Below, piece after piece: positions 42,740 through 53,096 of a DNA stretch of 64,000 bases (its first letter is position 1; each line of letters begins with the position of its first letter). Below the pieces are notes generated by a model. It ran no database searches. It was not told the origin of the DNA and worked only from the letters and a program-made list of their open reading frames with translations. Source of the DNA: Escherichia coli (GTDB lineage Bacteria > Pseudomonadota > Gammaproteobacteria > Enterobacterales > Enterobacteriaceae); the NCBI RefSeq assembly GCF_003991155.1, contig NZ_CP031295.1; one strand, 5' to 3'. Both the position numbers and the translations under genes were made by a program.

Positions 42740-44320
42740 ATACTCTTCGCCGAGCGAAAAGTTGGGGAACAGCACGGGCCGGCCGCGCAAGGCGTGCTGG
42801 CAGCCGTGCAGACCCTGCGTGAGATGAACGCCGACAACCTGCGCAAGGTGCCGGCCGATGCACCCACGGCCTTCATCAAGCCGCGCTGGAAGCCGCTGGT
42901 GATCACCCCGGAAGGCCTCGACCGGAAATTCTACGAAATCTGCGCCCTGTCCGAGCTGAAGAACGCCCTGCGCTCCGGCGACATCTGGGTCAAGGCTCGC
43001 GGCAGTTCCGCGACTTCGACGACTACCTGCTGCCGGCCGAGAAGTTCGCCGCACTCAAGCGCGAGCAGGCCTGCGGCGATCAACCCGAACAGCGACCAGT
43101 ACACGGAAGAGCGTTTGCAGCTGCTGGACGAGCAGTTGGCCACCGTCACCCGCGGCCAGGACGGCAAGCTGCCCGATGCCATCCTCACCGAGTCAGGGCT
43201 GAAAATCACCCCGCTGGATGCGTGCCGGATCGGCGCAGGCGCTGATCGACCAAACCAGCCAGGTTACTGCCGCGCATCAAGATCACCGAACTGCTGATGG
43301 ACGTGGACGACTGGACGGGCTTCAGCCGCCACTTCACCCACTTGAAGGACGGGCCGAGGCCAAAGACAGGACGTTGCTGCTGTCCGCAATCCTCGGTGAT
43401 GCGATCAGCCCGGGCTGACCAAGATGGCCGAGCCGAGCCCGGCCTGACTGCCAAGCTGTCGTCGCGGCAAGCACGGCACATCCGCGACGAAACCTATTCG
43501 GCGGCCTTGGCCGAGCTGGTCAACCACCAGTATCGCCACGCCTTTGCCGCCCACTGGGGCGACGGCGACCTCATCCTCCGATGGCCAGCGCTTCCGCGCG
43601 GGTGGCCGGGCGAGAGCACCGGCACGTCAACCCGAATACGGTAGCGAGCCGGGACGGCTGTTCTACCCATATCTCCGACCAGTACGCGCCGTTCAGCACC
43701 CGCGTGGTGAATGTCGGCGTCCGCGATTCCACCTATGTGCTCGACGGCCTGCTGTACCACGGTCCGACCTGCGGATCGAGGAGCACTACACCGACACGGC
43801 CGGCCCGCGATCACGTCTTTTGCCCTGATGCACCTGCTGGGCTTCCGCTTCGCGCCGCGCATCCGCGACCTCGGCGAAACCAAGCTGTACGTGCCGCAGG
43901 GCGTGCAAGCCTACCCGACGTTGCGCCCGCTGATCGGCGGCACCCTGAACATCAAGCACGTGCGTGCCCACTGGGACGACATCCTGCGCCTGGCCAGCTC
44001 GATCAAGCAGGGCACCGTCACCGCCTCGCTGATGCTGCGCAAGCTCGGCAGCTACCCGCCAGAACGGACTGGCCGTGGCCCTGCGCGAGCTGGGCGGATC
44101 GAGCACGCTGTTCATCTGGACTGGCTGCAAAGTGTTGAACTGCGCCGCCGCGTGCATGCCGGCCTGAACAAAGGTGAGGCGCGCAACTCGCTGGCGGGGG
44201 TGTTCTTCAACCGCCTTGGGGAAATCAGGGATCGGAGCTTCGAGCAGCAGCGCTACCGGGCCAGCGGCCTCAACCTGGTGACGGCGGCTATCGTGCTGTG
44301 GAACACGGTGTACCTGGAAC
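42740..44320 (+). pseudogene. tnpA: Second copy (copy B) of Tn1721-type tnpA 3' segment, heavily affected by indels/substitutions, 3'-truncated by IS26
   Basis: Same transposase sequence as 37543-39043 but extends further 5' and is broken into many frames; 5' boundary approximate. Confidence 0.65.
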
Positions 44321-45140
44321 GGCACTGTTGCAAAGTTAGCGATGAGGCAGCCTTTTGTCTTATTCAAAGGCCTTACATTTCAAAAACTCTGCTTACCAGG
44401 CGCATTTCGCCCAGGGGATCACCATAATAAAATGCTGAGGCCTGGCCTTTTGCGTAGTGCACGCATCACCTCAATACCTTTGATGGTGGCGTAAGCCGTC
44501 TTCATGGATTTAAATCCCAGCGTGGCGCCGATTATCCGTTTCAGTTTGCCATGATCGCATTCAATCACGTTGTTCCGGTACTTAATCTGTCGGTGTTCAA
44601 CGTCAGACGGCACACGGCCTTCGCGTTTGAGCAGAGCAAGCGCGCGACCATAGGCGGGCGCTTTATCCGTGTTGATGAATCGCGGGATCTGCCACTTCTT
44701 CACGTTGTTGAGGATTTTACCCAGAAACCGGTATGCAGCTTTGCTGTTACGACGGGAGGAGAGATAAAATCGACAGTGCGGCCCCGGCTGTCGACGGCCC
44801 GGTACAGATACGCCCAGCGGCCATTGACCTTCACGTAGGTTTCATCCATGTGCCACGGGCAAAGATCGGAAGGGTTACGCCAGTACCAGCGCAGCCGTTT
44901 TTCCATTTCAGGCGCATAACGCTGAACCCAGCGGTAAATCGTGGAGTGATCGACATTCACTCCGCGTTCAGCCAGCATCTCCTGCAGCTCACGGTAACTG
45001 ATGCCGTATTTGCAGTACCAGCGTACGGCCCACAGAATGATGTCACGCTGAAAATGCCGGCCTTTGAATGGGTTCATGTGCAGCTCCATCAGCAAAAGGG
45101 GATGATAAGTTTATCACCACCGACTATTTGCAACAGTGCC
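44321..45140 (-). mobile_element. tnp26: IS26 copy 2 with frameshifted transposase
   Basis: Terminal IRs present; tnp26 split into ORFs 44419-44703 and 44700-45095 by single-base indels relative to copies 1 and 3. Confidence 0.8.
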
Positions 45141-45479
45141 CGCCCGCCTATGGTCGCGCGCTTGCTCTGCTCAAACGCGAAGGCCGGTGCCCGTCTGACG
45201 TTGAACACCGACAGATTAAGTACCGGAACAACGTGATTGAATGCGATCATGGCAAACTGAAACGGATAATCGGCGCCACGCTGGGATTTAAATCCATGAA
45301 GACGGCTTACGCCACCATCAAAGGTATTGAGGTGATGCGTGCACTACGCAAAGGCCAGGCCTCAGCATTTTATTATGGTGATCCCCTGGGCGAAATGCGC
45401 CTGGTAAGCAGAGTTTTTGAAATGTAAGGCCTTTGAATAAGACAAAAGGCTGCCTCATCGCTAACTTTGCAACAGTGCC
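45141..45479 (+). mobile_element. Partial IS26 (3' 339 bp with IRR), inverted relative to copy 2
   Basis: tnp26 C-terminal coding sequence plus terminal IR TTTGCAACAGTGCC at 45466-45479. Confidence 0.75.
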
Positions 45480-45616
45480 AATTTATGAGTAAAGGATTAT
45501 GTCCACGATAAGCACCTGGGTCGATTCCTGGGAGGCGGCCATGAGGGTAGGGAAGCGCCGTCCCGTCAAGTCAGCGTAATGCTCTGCCAGTGTTACAACC
45601 AATTAACCAATTCTGA

Positions 45617-46432
45617 TTAGAAAAACTCATCGAGCATCAAATGAAACTGCAATTTATTCATATCAGGATTATCAATACCATATTTTTGAAAAAGCCGTTT
45701 CTGTAATGAAGGAGAAAACTCACCGAGGCAGTTCCATAGGATGGCAAGATCCTGGTATCGGTCTGCGATTCCGACTCGTCCAACATCAATACAACCTATT
45801 AATTTCCCCTCGTCAAAAATAAGGTTATCAAGTGAGAAATCACCATGAGTGACGACTGAATCCGGTGAGAATGGCAAAAGCTTATGCATTTCTTTCCAGA
45901 CTTGTTCAACAGGCCAGCCATTACGCTCGTCATCAAAATCACTCGCATCAACCAAACCGTTATTCATTCGTGATTGCGCCTGAGCGAGACGAAATACGCG
46001 ATCGCTGTTAAAAGGACAATTACAAACAGGAATCGAATGCAACCGGCGCAGGAACACTGCCAGCGCATCAACAATATTTTCACCTGAATCAGGATATTCT
46101 TCTAATACCTGGAATGCTGTTTTCCCGGGGATCGCAGTGGTGAGTAACCATGCATCATCAGGAGTACGGATAAAATGCTTGATGGTCGGAAGAGGCATAA
46201 ATTCCGTCAGCCAGTTTAGTCTGACCATCTCATCTGTAACATCATTGGCAACGCTACCTTTGCCATGTTTCAGAAACAACTCTGGCGCATCGGGCTTCCC
46301 ATACAATCGATAGATTGTCGCACCTGATTGCCCGACATTATCGCGAGCCCATTTATACCCATATAAATCAGCATCCATGTTGGAATTTAATCGCGGCCTC
46401 GAGCAAGACGTTTCCCGTTGAATATGGCTCAT
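45617..46432 (-). CDS. aph(3')-Ia: APH(3')-Ia aminoglycoside phosphotransferase (kanamycin/neomycin resistance)
   Basis: 271 aa MSHIQRETSCSRPRLNSNMDADLYGYKWARDNVGQSG...; flanked by IS26 as in Tn4352-like structures. Confidence 0.9.
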   Translation of the reverse strand: MSHIQRETSCSRPRLNSNMDADLYGYKWARDNVGQSGATIYRLYGKPDAPELFLKHGKGSVANDVTDEMVRLNWLTEFMPLPTIKHFIRTPDDAWLLTTAIPGKTAFQVLEEYPDSGENIVDALAVFLRRLHSIPVCNCPFNSDRVFRLAQAQSRMNNGLVDASDFDDERNGWPVEQVWKEMHKLLPFSPDSVVTHGDFSLDNLIFDEGKLIGCIDVGRVGIADRYQDLAILWNCLGEFSPSLQKRLFQKYGIDNPDMNKLQFHLMLDEFF

Positions 46433-46519
46433 AACACCCCTTGTATTACTGTTTATGTAAGCAGACAGTTTTATTGTTCATGATGATATATTTTTATCTT
46501 GTGCAATGTAACATCAGAG

Positions 46520-47339
46520 GGCACTGTTGCAAATAGTCGGTGGTGATAAACTTATCATCCCCTTTTGCTGATGGAGCTGCACATGAACCCATTCAAAGGC
46601 CGGCATTTTCAGCGTGACATCATTCTGTGGGCCGTACGCTGGTACTGCAAATACGGCATCAGTTACCGTGAGCTGCAGGAGATGCTGGCTGAACGCGGAG
46701 TGAATGTCGATCACTCCACGATTTACCGCTGGGTTCAGCGTTATGCGCCTGAAATGGAAAAACGGCTGCGCTGGTACTGGCGTAACCCTTCCGATCTTTG
46801 CCCGTGGCACATGGATGAAACCTACGTGAAGGTCAATGGCCGCTGGGCGTATCTGTACCGGGCCGTCGACAGCCGGGGCCGCACTGTCGATTTTTATATC
46901 TCCTCCCGTCGTAACAGCAAAGCTGCATACCGGTTTCTGGGTAAAATCCTCAACAACGTGAAGAAGTGGCAGATCCCGCGATTCATCAACACGGATAAAG
47001 CGCCCGCCTATGGTCGCGCGCTTGCTCTGCTCAAACGCGAAGGCCGGTGCCCGTCTGACGTTGAACACCGACAGATTAAGTACCGGAACAACGTGATTGA
47101 ATGCGATCATGGCAAACTGAAACGGATAATCGGCGCCACGCTGGGATTTAAATCCATGAAGACGGCTTACGCCACCATCAAAGGTATTGAGGTGATGCGT
47201 GCACTACGCAAAGGCCAGGCCTCAGCATTTTATTATGGTGATCCCCTGGGCGAAATGCGCCTGGTAAGCAGAGTTTTTGAAATGTAAGGCCTTTGAATAA
47301 GACAAAAGGCTGCCTCATCGCTAACTTTGCAACAGTGCC
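46520..47339 (+). mobile_element. tnp26: IS26 copy 3 (tnp26 46583-47287)
   Basis: 14-bp IRs at both ends, intact transposase. Confidence 0.9.
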
Positions 47340-47660
47340 ACGAACAGCACCTTCAGATAATGGTATCCAGTCAATTTGTGCCTTCATAATACCAGTCATC
47401 GCTCCATGTCGTTCCGGAGAGCACCACACCATTCCTTCAGACCAGCGAACCAGTTCACGCAACTCCATAACTTTTGGATGTGATTCCGGTGCATCATCAG
47501 GAAGTGGAAGGCCAGATGGATTAAAAATGCGGACGTCTGCGCCCATTGCAGTTAACAAACGGCCTGCTTCCTCTGTCGCCAGTCGACTGTATGAGCGCTC
47601 ACGAACTGAGCCATAAAGCATTAGAATACGAGGTGGGTGAGATATTGCCGGTATCCCCAT
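47340..47660 (-). pseudogene. arsH: arsH (NADPH-dependent FMN reductase) 5' fragment truncated by IS26
   Basis: N-terminal ~107 codons with ...[13 protein letters not shown]...[24 protein letters not shown] then IS26 boundary. Confidence 0.6.
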
Positions 47661-47820
47661 TTTTTGCTCAGTTATTGCAGTATCAGATAAATCAGGAACT
47701 ATATTATTTAACCTATTAATTTTTATGATTTTCTCTATATATTCTTGGCTTAATTAGGTGTGCTTCGCACGGGTAGATACAGCATTCGTCAATCATGACA
47801 GTTATGAGTTTTCCGGTTAC

Positions 47821-48144
47821 TTACCCATTTTTGCCAGCGGGTTCCGCAACATCTGTTTTACTGTTTACACAGCACTCTTCACGTAAGAATTCGATGATAG
47901 CTTCCAGTATTTCATATTGAGAGACGCACATGAGCGTTCGACTCTCCCGGTTTTGTGTGACGAGTCCTACTGATACCAGGGCTGAAATATGATGACTTAA
48001 CGTTGATGAAGGAATGCCAAGCTGCTTTTGCAATTCACCTACAGGTAAACCTTGTTCTCCAGCTTTTACAAGATGTTTGAATATGAACAAACGGGTCGGG
48101 TGACCCAGTTCTTTTAGAGCTTTAGCTACTTCTTCCAGTTGCAT
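47821..48144 (-). CDS. arsR: ArsR/SmtB-family metalloregulator
   Basis: 107 aa with HTH (PTRLFIFKHL...LPVGELQKQLGIPSSTLSHHISAL) and C-terminal cysteine pair. Confidence 0.65.
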   Translation of the reverse strand: MQLEEVAKALKELGHPTRLFIFKHLVKAGEQGLPVGELQKQLGIPSSTLSHHISALVSVGLVTQNRESRTLMCVSQYEILEAIIEFLREECCVNSKTDVAEPAGKNG

Positions 48145-48248
48145 GTGACAACCCTCTGCCTGATGATATTTCGATAATACCAGAAATATCTTGACTATAA
48201 TTATATTTCGATTATTCTAGAATAATAGATTCTGTCAAGAGGTTTAGT

Positions 48249-49328
48249 ATGAATAGTTGGATTCCTATGTTGCAAGATGCCGCAGAGATGTTTGTTTTTC
48301 TGGCTGTTGAGCTTTCATTGCTGTTTATTGTCATTAGTGCCGGTGTGAGCCTGATAAGGCAAAAAGTCCCGGATCATAAAATTCAGCAGATGATGGGGGC
48401 GAGAAAAGGTAAGGGGTATCTGTTGGCCTCGTTGCTGGGAGCCGTTACCCCTTTCTGTAGTTGCTCAACAATTCCAATGTTGCGAGGATTGTTGTCTGCG
48501 AAAGCGGGGTTTGGTCCGACACTCACTTTTTTGTTTGTTTCACCGTTGCTTAATCCCATTATCGTGGGACTAATGTGGGTTACCTTTGGCTGGAAAGTAA
48601 CTTTGCTGTATGCGATCATCGCTGCCGGTGTTTCAGTTCTTTCCAGTATTATACTGGATTATTTAGGGTTTGAACGTCATATTGTTGAATACAAAAATTC
48701 AGTATCAGGTAGTTGCGCCACCAAGTGCGGTGATTCTGAAGCTTCGGTAAAAACGAATTGCTGTACTTCATCAGCAAAAACCATAATTAACTTAAAGACA
48801 GTAAAGAAAGAGCAAAATATATCGGCGTGTTGTCCCTCAATTCTATCAGAAAAATCTTCTGAAAGTTGTTGCAGCAGCGAGAGTCAGGGCAACAGAAATC
48901 TCACAATGAATGCCACCTCTGGTCTAATAAAATTAGCAATGAAAGATGCCTTACAACAGTTTAAGGATGTTCTGCCTTATCTTTTGTTAGCTATATTAAT
49001 AGGTTCATTTATTTATGGTTTTATCCCTTCAGAGTGGATTGCAGCTCATGCCGGTGCAGATAATCCATTAGCCATACCGCTCAGTGCTGTTGTTGGTATT
49101 CCGCTGTATATTCGTGCTGAGGCCGTAATACCACTTGCATCAGTTCTGATGACTAAAGGTATGGGCCTCGGAGCTTTAATGGCCTTGATAATCGGTAGTG
49201 CTGGAGCGAGTCTGACAGAAGTAATATTGCTTAAATCAATGTTCAGAATGCCCATGATAATCGCATTTCTGACGGTTATCTTAGGTATGGCAATCCTTAT
49301 GGGATATTTAACGCAATTTTTGTTTTAA
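48249..49328 (+). CDS. arsP: ArsP-like permease (putative organoarsenical efflux)
   Basis: 359-aa polytopic protein with TPFCSCS motif; divergent from arsR. Confidence 0.6.
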   Translation: MNSWIPMLQDAAEMFVFLAVELSLLFIVISAGVSLIRQKVPDHKIQQMMGARKGKGYLLASLLGAVTPFCSCSTIPMLRGLLSAKAGFGPTLTFLFVSPLLNPIIVGLMWVTFGWKVTLLYAIIAAGVSVLSSIILDYLGFERHIVEYKNSVSGSCATKCGDSEASVKTNCCTSSAKTIINLKTVKKEQNISACCPSILSEKSSESCCSSESQGNRNLTMNATSGLIKLAMKDALQQFKDVLPYLLLAILIGSFIYGFIPSEWIAAHAGADNPLAIPLSAVVGIPLYIRAEAVIPLASVLMTKGMGLGALMALIIGSAGASLTEVILLKSMFRMPMIIAFLTVILGMAILMGYLTQFLF

Positions 49329-49620
49329 TCCTTATGAGAAGGGATTTTTGCGTCAATATGAAAATCCCTTCAGTCTTACGGCGCGGTTCTAACGGTGTAG
49401 CCCTTTTATTGTTATCCCTAAACCACCTCCTAGGGAGGTGGTGATTGATCCTGTAAGGCTATAGCCTGAAGAATGCCCATGTCGGAATATCTCTGCTTAC
49501 TGACCACAAGTAAAAGCAACTGTTCTACCAGCAGCCTGCAAAAAACATATAAGCTGATCTGAAAGGAATACTTCACAATGAATATTATTGTGTTTGTAAC
49601 CTGCTGTTATCGCGATGAAA

Positions 49621-50238
49621 TTACCGTTCAGTTTTTTCGGTTGACGCGGACTGTTCCTGCATGGTTTTCATCTTTAGCTTCTGTTGTTCCCTTACTGCCA
49701 GCCAGCGTCTGGCATTCAGCGCATCGCATTCTGATACCTGACCTGCTGGTAGTCCATCCAGTCCATAACGAGGGATACCTGCGACAGCAGTACGCTGCAG
49801 ATATACCTGTCGGGTGGTGATGCAGGATATTGCACAGGACCATTCATCCAGTGTCAGTTCTGTCTCAGGGTGTTCTGTCAGGAATGCGGCAAAATCATTG
49901 GTTATGCCAATTTTCAGTGGAAGAAATCCTCCGCCTTCTGCGCGAAGATGGGGAAACAGAGACTTCACTTTTTCCACGCAATCGTGAGTAAATTCATGAG
50001 TCCAATGAGGCTGGCGTGGAAAACGGCGTCTTTTCTTTTTTTTCTTACAGGCAGGAGCATCAGGGGTATGAGTATCGACGGCAGGCGAACTGATCCCCTC
50101 AGAGACTGATTCTTCCATCTTTTCTGTCTCTGAACGTGCGATAACACCTGTTTTTTCAGATAAGGAAGGGGGTAAAAGAGTGCGACGTTTTTTCACCATA
50201 ATGATGGGTGTTTTCTTTTCTTCCTGATATTTCCCCAT
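49621..50238 (-). CDS. FinO/ProQ-domain RNA-binding protein (second FinO-family gene in window)
   Basis: Lys/Arg-rich N-terminus followed by FP..PLKIGI...YL...A.RYGLDG pattern shared with FinO/ProQ domain. Confidence 0.55.
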   Translation of the reverse strand: MGKYQEEKKTPIIMVKKRRTLLPPSLSEKTGVIARSETEKMEESVSEGISSPAVDTHTPDAPACKKKKKRRRFPRQPHWTHEFTHDCVEKVKSLFPHLRAEGGGFLPLKIGITNDFAAFLTEHPETELTLDEWSCAISCITTRQVYLQRTAVAGIPRYGLDGLPAGQVSECDALNARRWLAVREQQKLKMKTMQEQSASTEKTER

Positions 50239-50525
50239 AAAAACCTCTACGATGTGTTCTTATATAATAATATATATCATATTTTCACGATTAACATAAT
50301 ATCTTCGTTAAGAAAACAACAGAGCAAAATTTGTTTTTTTTTGACAGGCATGAAATGAGCCAGCATAATTATATTAATTATTATCCCAAATGAGTTTTTG
50401 TATTTGCTCATTCGGGATGGTTGGATATTTTAAGTTATATCTACTGTATCATTCTCAGGTAATCGTTCCATTAAATCAGAAACTACGGGCTGTAACCAGT
50501 CAGTGACTTCACTCACATACTGATG

Positions 50526-51992
50526 TCATTCGGGATGCCTGGAGGCCAGATCCATCACTCGTGTTAACCCGGACGGACGATCAATGCCCAATTTAGTTAA
50601 AATATTCGAGATATAATTATGAGCATCAAGTTCAACTCTGATATCCCTTGCTGCTTCGATTATTTCTAAATATTCGCCACCCAATCCGTCCAGTGGGACA
50701 TTTGTAATAAGATAATGAATGTATTGTTCAGGCTTAACCCCATTTGGGAGATTAAATTGTTTTACTTTTCCTTCCGCTGCCGCTTTTAACTCATAAGTTC
50801 GTGATTCTGTGCCGGTGAAAACTTTATCACGAGCAGTTTTCTTTTCATTTTCTGTGGAATATTTATCGCCATCAAGAATATAAAGTTTACCAGATAGATT
50901 GTCACCACGAATAAGGGTACTGGCAAGTAGAGTGAATGCGTTTGAAGCTGCGCCAAATTTAAATATTTTTACATATTTGCTGGCCTTAAGTGAAGAACAT
51001 ATTTTATTTATTATGGCAACAGCTAAGTCATCTTCTACATATATTTCAATAGGCGTCGTTGATTCACCTGTTAATCTGTTTATAGCATCAGGTTTTGTTT
51101 CTTCAAATGAATAACTACGGCCTTGAATGTTTACGACGTGTCTTATATTTATCTTGTCTGATAAAGTGGTTATCATTTCTCTATGGGTAGTAAAGATGAT
51201 TTGTTTGTTTTTATCTTTGGCATGAGATGATATGACTTCTATTAACTTTTTCAATGCTTCGTCATGCAACAATAAATCTAATTCATCAATTAATATTAAG
51301 GCGTTCTTGTCCGCTTTCAATATTGTTTCCAGAATTAAAAATATCTTTTGCTCTCCTGCGCTCATACTCAATGATGAGTAGGCCAGTCCCCCTGACTCAA
51401 CTCCAATCAATATTTTTCCATTGGGTTGTTGATGCTGATTGAAACTTGTGTATGGTTTATTAAGTATATAGGAGGCGTAATGAAGAATGTTTGTTATTAA
51501 ATCATTACTGACACTGCTGGTTTCATACTGAATATTATTCTTTTTTTCTGATTCTATTATAGGAACACATTTATCAATGCCAAGATAGTAAACTTCTCTT
51601 AAAGGACGACGAGCATAAATCTGAATCCATCGTGAGCCTCGAATATCTGCTTTTCCATAATTTTTCAATTCATTTTCAATCATTACCCCATCTTTACGAT
51701 AAGTTAAATTTACAATGAAGTCACTGCCGTTCCATTCAGCATGTGGGCTGCGTGGAAAAAAATGCATTAACCGATGGTCTTCACCGGGGAAACCTTCTTC
51801 AGGCATGTATATGCTTGCTATAGCATGGAGTATTGTTGATTTTCCGCTTCCATTTGGACCTAAAATTGCGGTTAACGCATGAGGTTTAAAAATAATCTCG
51901 TTTAATCCATTTATACATTTTAGTTTGTTAATTTTAATGGAGTTCAAGACTTGACCAGTAATGGTTTTTTTATTTTTTTCTGCCATTTTCAA
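50526..51992 (-). CDS. ABC-type ATPase fused to TOPRIM/DUF4435-like domain (OLD-family or fused PARIS-like candidate)
   Basis: Walker A GPNGSGKST, signature-like LSMSAGEQK, Walker B LILIDELDLLLHDE, H-loop TTH; C-terminal VEDD ... LYILDGDK consistent with TOPRIM E and DxD. Confidence 0.6.
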   Translation of the reverse strand: MKMAEKNKKTITGQVLNSIKINKLKCINGLNEIIFKPHALTAILGPNGSGKSTILHAIASIYMPEEGFPGEDHRLMHFFPRSPHAEWNGSDFIVNLTYRKDGVMIENELKNYGKADIRGSRWIQIYARRPLREVYYLGIDKCVPIIESEKKNNIQYETSSVSNDLITNILHYASYILNKPYTSFNQHQQPNGKILIGVESGGLAYSSLSMSAGEQKIFLILETILKADKNALILIDELDLLLHDEALKKLIEVISSHAKDKNKQIIFTTHREMITTLSDKINIRHVVNIQGRSYSFEETKPDAINRLTGESTTPIEIYVEDDLAVAIINKICSSLKASKYVKIFKFGAASNAFTLLASTLIRGDNLSGKLYILDGDKYSTENEKKTARDKVFTGTESRTYELKAAAEGKVKQFNLPNGVKPEQYIHYLITNVPLDGLGGEYLEIIEAARDIRVELDAHNYISNILTKLGIDRPSGLTRVMDLASRHPE

Positions 51993-52248
51993 ATCCTAGC
52001 ATTATGTTGGGGGGATTCACCATGTAATTCAGAAACATATAACTGTGAACAGGGGATATATCAAATCCTTTTAATATTCTATTTGGCACAGTATTCTACA
52101 TCAGGCCTCTTTTATGCTACAGACTTTTTGAGATGTCTGTAATTTTAGACTTAATGTTATGACTGATCATATCTCCTATCCACTGGTGGCGCAGGAAAGT
52201 TAACCAGCTGCCACCATGGGATGATGTGTAAACCGTGCTGGTATGTTT

Positions 52249-52839
52249 TTACGGGGTGACGCTTTCATTAACCTGTACACGAACCTCCATTCCGGCATCG
52301 TGACAGGCCTGCAGCCACTGCGCCACTTCCAGCGGATCGCCCTCCAGGCGTACCACCCTGCCTTCTTTATTCCATAACTGCAGACAGGTGCTGCCGTCGA
52401 GACGTACCACAAAATCCCCACGGCAGGCCTGATACGTTATGCCGTTCAGCTGCACCGCCAGATCAGTGGCAGAAGTGCCGTCTGCGGGCAGACCTGCTGC
52501 CGGGACCAGCGGCAGTACGACGACTTCTGCCGCACGCTGTTCTGCCCGGAGGCGGTCCTGTTCTGCCAGCAGCAGAGGCTGTGCCACGGCCCGGCCGGCG
52601 TCCGTCAGCTCGACAGCCAGCTGCAGATTCGGGGCGCGCAGGGTACGCAGCCAGCCGGCATCCTCCAGACGACGGCAGGAGGCGCGCAGGTTTGGCCCGT
52701 AGACCGGGGCTTCCCCGCTTCGCTCCAGCACCCGTTCCAGGTCCCGCGTCAGCACGGGGCCCGGCCGTTTTTCATCAAGCGCAGCCAGCACAATCAGCAC
52801 TCTCCGCTGCAGTGGCGACGGTCGGCGGCTCTGGGTCAT
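52249..52839 (-). CDS. Hypothetical protein with possible N-terminal winged-helix domain (GC-rich)
   Basis: 196-aa ORF; start overlaps upstream gene stop (TAATG); family not recognised. Confidence 0.35.
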   Translation of the reverse strand: MTQSRRPSPLQRRVLIVLAALDEKRPGPVLTRDLERVLERSGEAPVYGPNLRASCRRLEDAGWLRTLRAPNLQLAVELTDAGRAVAQPLLLAEQDRLRAEQRAAEVVVLPLVPAAGLPADGTSATDLAVQLNGITYQACRGDFVVRLDGSTCLQLWNKEGRVVRLEGDPLEVAQWLQACHDAGMEVRVQVNESVTP

Positions 52840-53096
52840 TACCTGTCATCCTCCGGCCAGATGAGGTTTCTGAGGCGCTGAAAGTCGGCGTCAATGAGCT
52901 CCTGTCTCTTTATGGCATTCATTGAGGCATAGCCATTTATGGCCAGTTCATGCCAGAAGATCAGCACGGCTCCGGCTTTGGCTGACTCGCAGAGATAAAT
53001 CGCGCCCTGGCTGTCCAGATTGCATTCCCGGATGCGTTTTTCCGCAAACCGGGTCAGTTGTTCATAGCTGAGTGAAAACACCCTTTCTTCATCCAT
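52839..53096 (-). CDS. Hypothetical small protein, first gene of two-gene cassette
   Basis: 85-aa ORF translationally coupled to 52249-52839. Confidence 0.3.
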   Translation of the reverse strand: MDEERVFSLSYEQLTRFAEKRIRECNLDSQGAIYLCESAKAGAVLIFWHELAINGYASMNAIKRQELIDADFQRLRNLIWPEDDR

